DNA from: Stegostoma tigrinum
Taxonomy: Eukaryota
Length of the DNA stretch: 64,000 nucleotides
Direction: 5' to 3'
Assembly: GCF_030684315.1 (NCBI RefSeq)
Contig: NC_081369.1
Location: 45,491,598 to 45,555,597 of the forward strand
The notes below the pieces were generated by a model. The model was given only the letters and a program-made list of their open reading frames with translations, ran no database searches and was not told where the DNA came from. Positions 63,156 through 64,000 of the stretch are shown piece after piece. The number at the start of each line of letters is the position of its first letter. Within the stretch, counting starts at the first letter, position 1. The translations under genes and the position numbers were made by a program.

Positions 63156-63589
63156 AGATATTTAATTACATAACGGTTGAAAGTCAAAGGCAGGAAATTA
63201 TCCAGTTCCAAAATCAAAACCTCAAAATAGGGCAATCTCAGTTGGGCAACACTGGAGCAATCAGATGAAATATTAACATTCCCAGGGCGTTATTAAGGTA
63301 TCCTGAGGCCCCGTGCAACAAGATCATTTGGACAGTATCTGCAAACAACTCAGCTCTGTGCAATTTCAAGCACAGGACTGCACCATTTGCTGCATTCATT
63401 AAAACAGACACACAACAAAAAAGAGAAACAATAAAATAGCCATTGTATGTTTTAGGGGCTCTGAGGTTTAGAAGTATTTACTTCTGGATTTAAAGTCCCA
63501 AATTCTTAGTTAATGATACTCTGTTGTGGTTGACTTAGCATCGTACAAGCAATGAGAACTTTTGAATCAAGTGGAATTTAATAAGCAAG

Positions 63590-63872
63590 ATAATGTTTAA
63601 GGTGGAGAGGGGAAAGATTTAAAAAGGACCACGTTTTCATGCAGAGGGTGGTGCATGTATGGAATGAGCGGTCAAAGAAAGTGTTGGAAGCTGGTACAAT
63701 TATAACATTGAAAAGGCATTTCGATGGGTACATTAATGGGAAGGGTTAGTGGAATATGGGCCAAATGCTGGCAAATGGGACTAGATTAATTTAGGATATC
63801 CGGTCAGCATGGATGAGTTGGACCAAAGGGTTTATTTCCGTGCTGTTTAACTCTGACTCTATAACTCTATGA
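63590..63872 (+). mobile_element. CR1-type LINE 3' end
   Basis: FKVERGKI ... FMQRVVHVWNE remnant and (actctat)n tail. Confidence 0.8.
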
Positions 63873-63978
63873 TAACGAGGTTGAGATACCTGCATATGAA
63901 CCATTGTTGGTATTTCTGAACCTCGTCTGTCTCCGTTTCTGGCATCAGTAACTTTACCTTCTTCCTTTATTTTGAAAG

Positions 63979-64000
63979 AAACAGATGAAGAGAAGAAAAA
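63979..64000 (+). CDS. BCO1: BCO1 exon 6 start (cut by window end; acceptor may instead be at 63985)
   Basis: Polypyrimidine tract, then aag| or cag|; both give phase-1-compatible (ET)DEEKK. Confidence 0.6.

Noticed and set aside
54184-64000. Calling the oxygenase RPE65 or BCO2
   Set aside because: The short N-terminus and segments such as IPDFTDNCLINI and TSIAEKGKTKY match remembered BCO1 sequences better; a BCO1-like paralogue is not excluded.

Overview
Vertebrate genomic DNA, almost certainly from a shark or other elasmobranch (HE1-type V-SINEs, CR1/HER1-type LINEs, abundant Penelope-like elements). Three recognisable spliced genes, none captured properly by the ORF track: CDK10 (coding exon 1 only, minus strand, 10671-10757), a complete 7-exon CHMP1A (plus, 27261-37009, 198 aa) and exons 1-6 of BCO1 (plus, 54184 to window end). 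Bases 1-10612, inside CDK10 intron 1, are an extremely G-rich multi-motif tandem array; its huge Gly-rich ORFs are spurious, and about 4.9 kb of it is probably a false duplication around a 13-N gap. Between CDK10 and CHMP1A, where mammals have SPATA33, there is a minus-strand, apparently disrupted SPATA33-like gene (MGxxxS start, PTIIVT motif, in-frame 19-aa repeat). The most striking non-genic system is a Penelope-like retroelement (RT, GIY-YIG, inverted terminal copy, 14-bp target-site duplication) plus about a dozen short, mostly fold-back derivatives, most with 11-17 bp flanking direct repeats, many carrying minimal hammerhead-ribozyme cores (CTGANGA...GAAACGTH) from at least three sequence families. 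Gene and repeat identities come from remembered sequences, not database searches; repeat boundaries are approximate unless a TSD is given.
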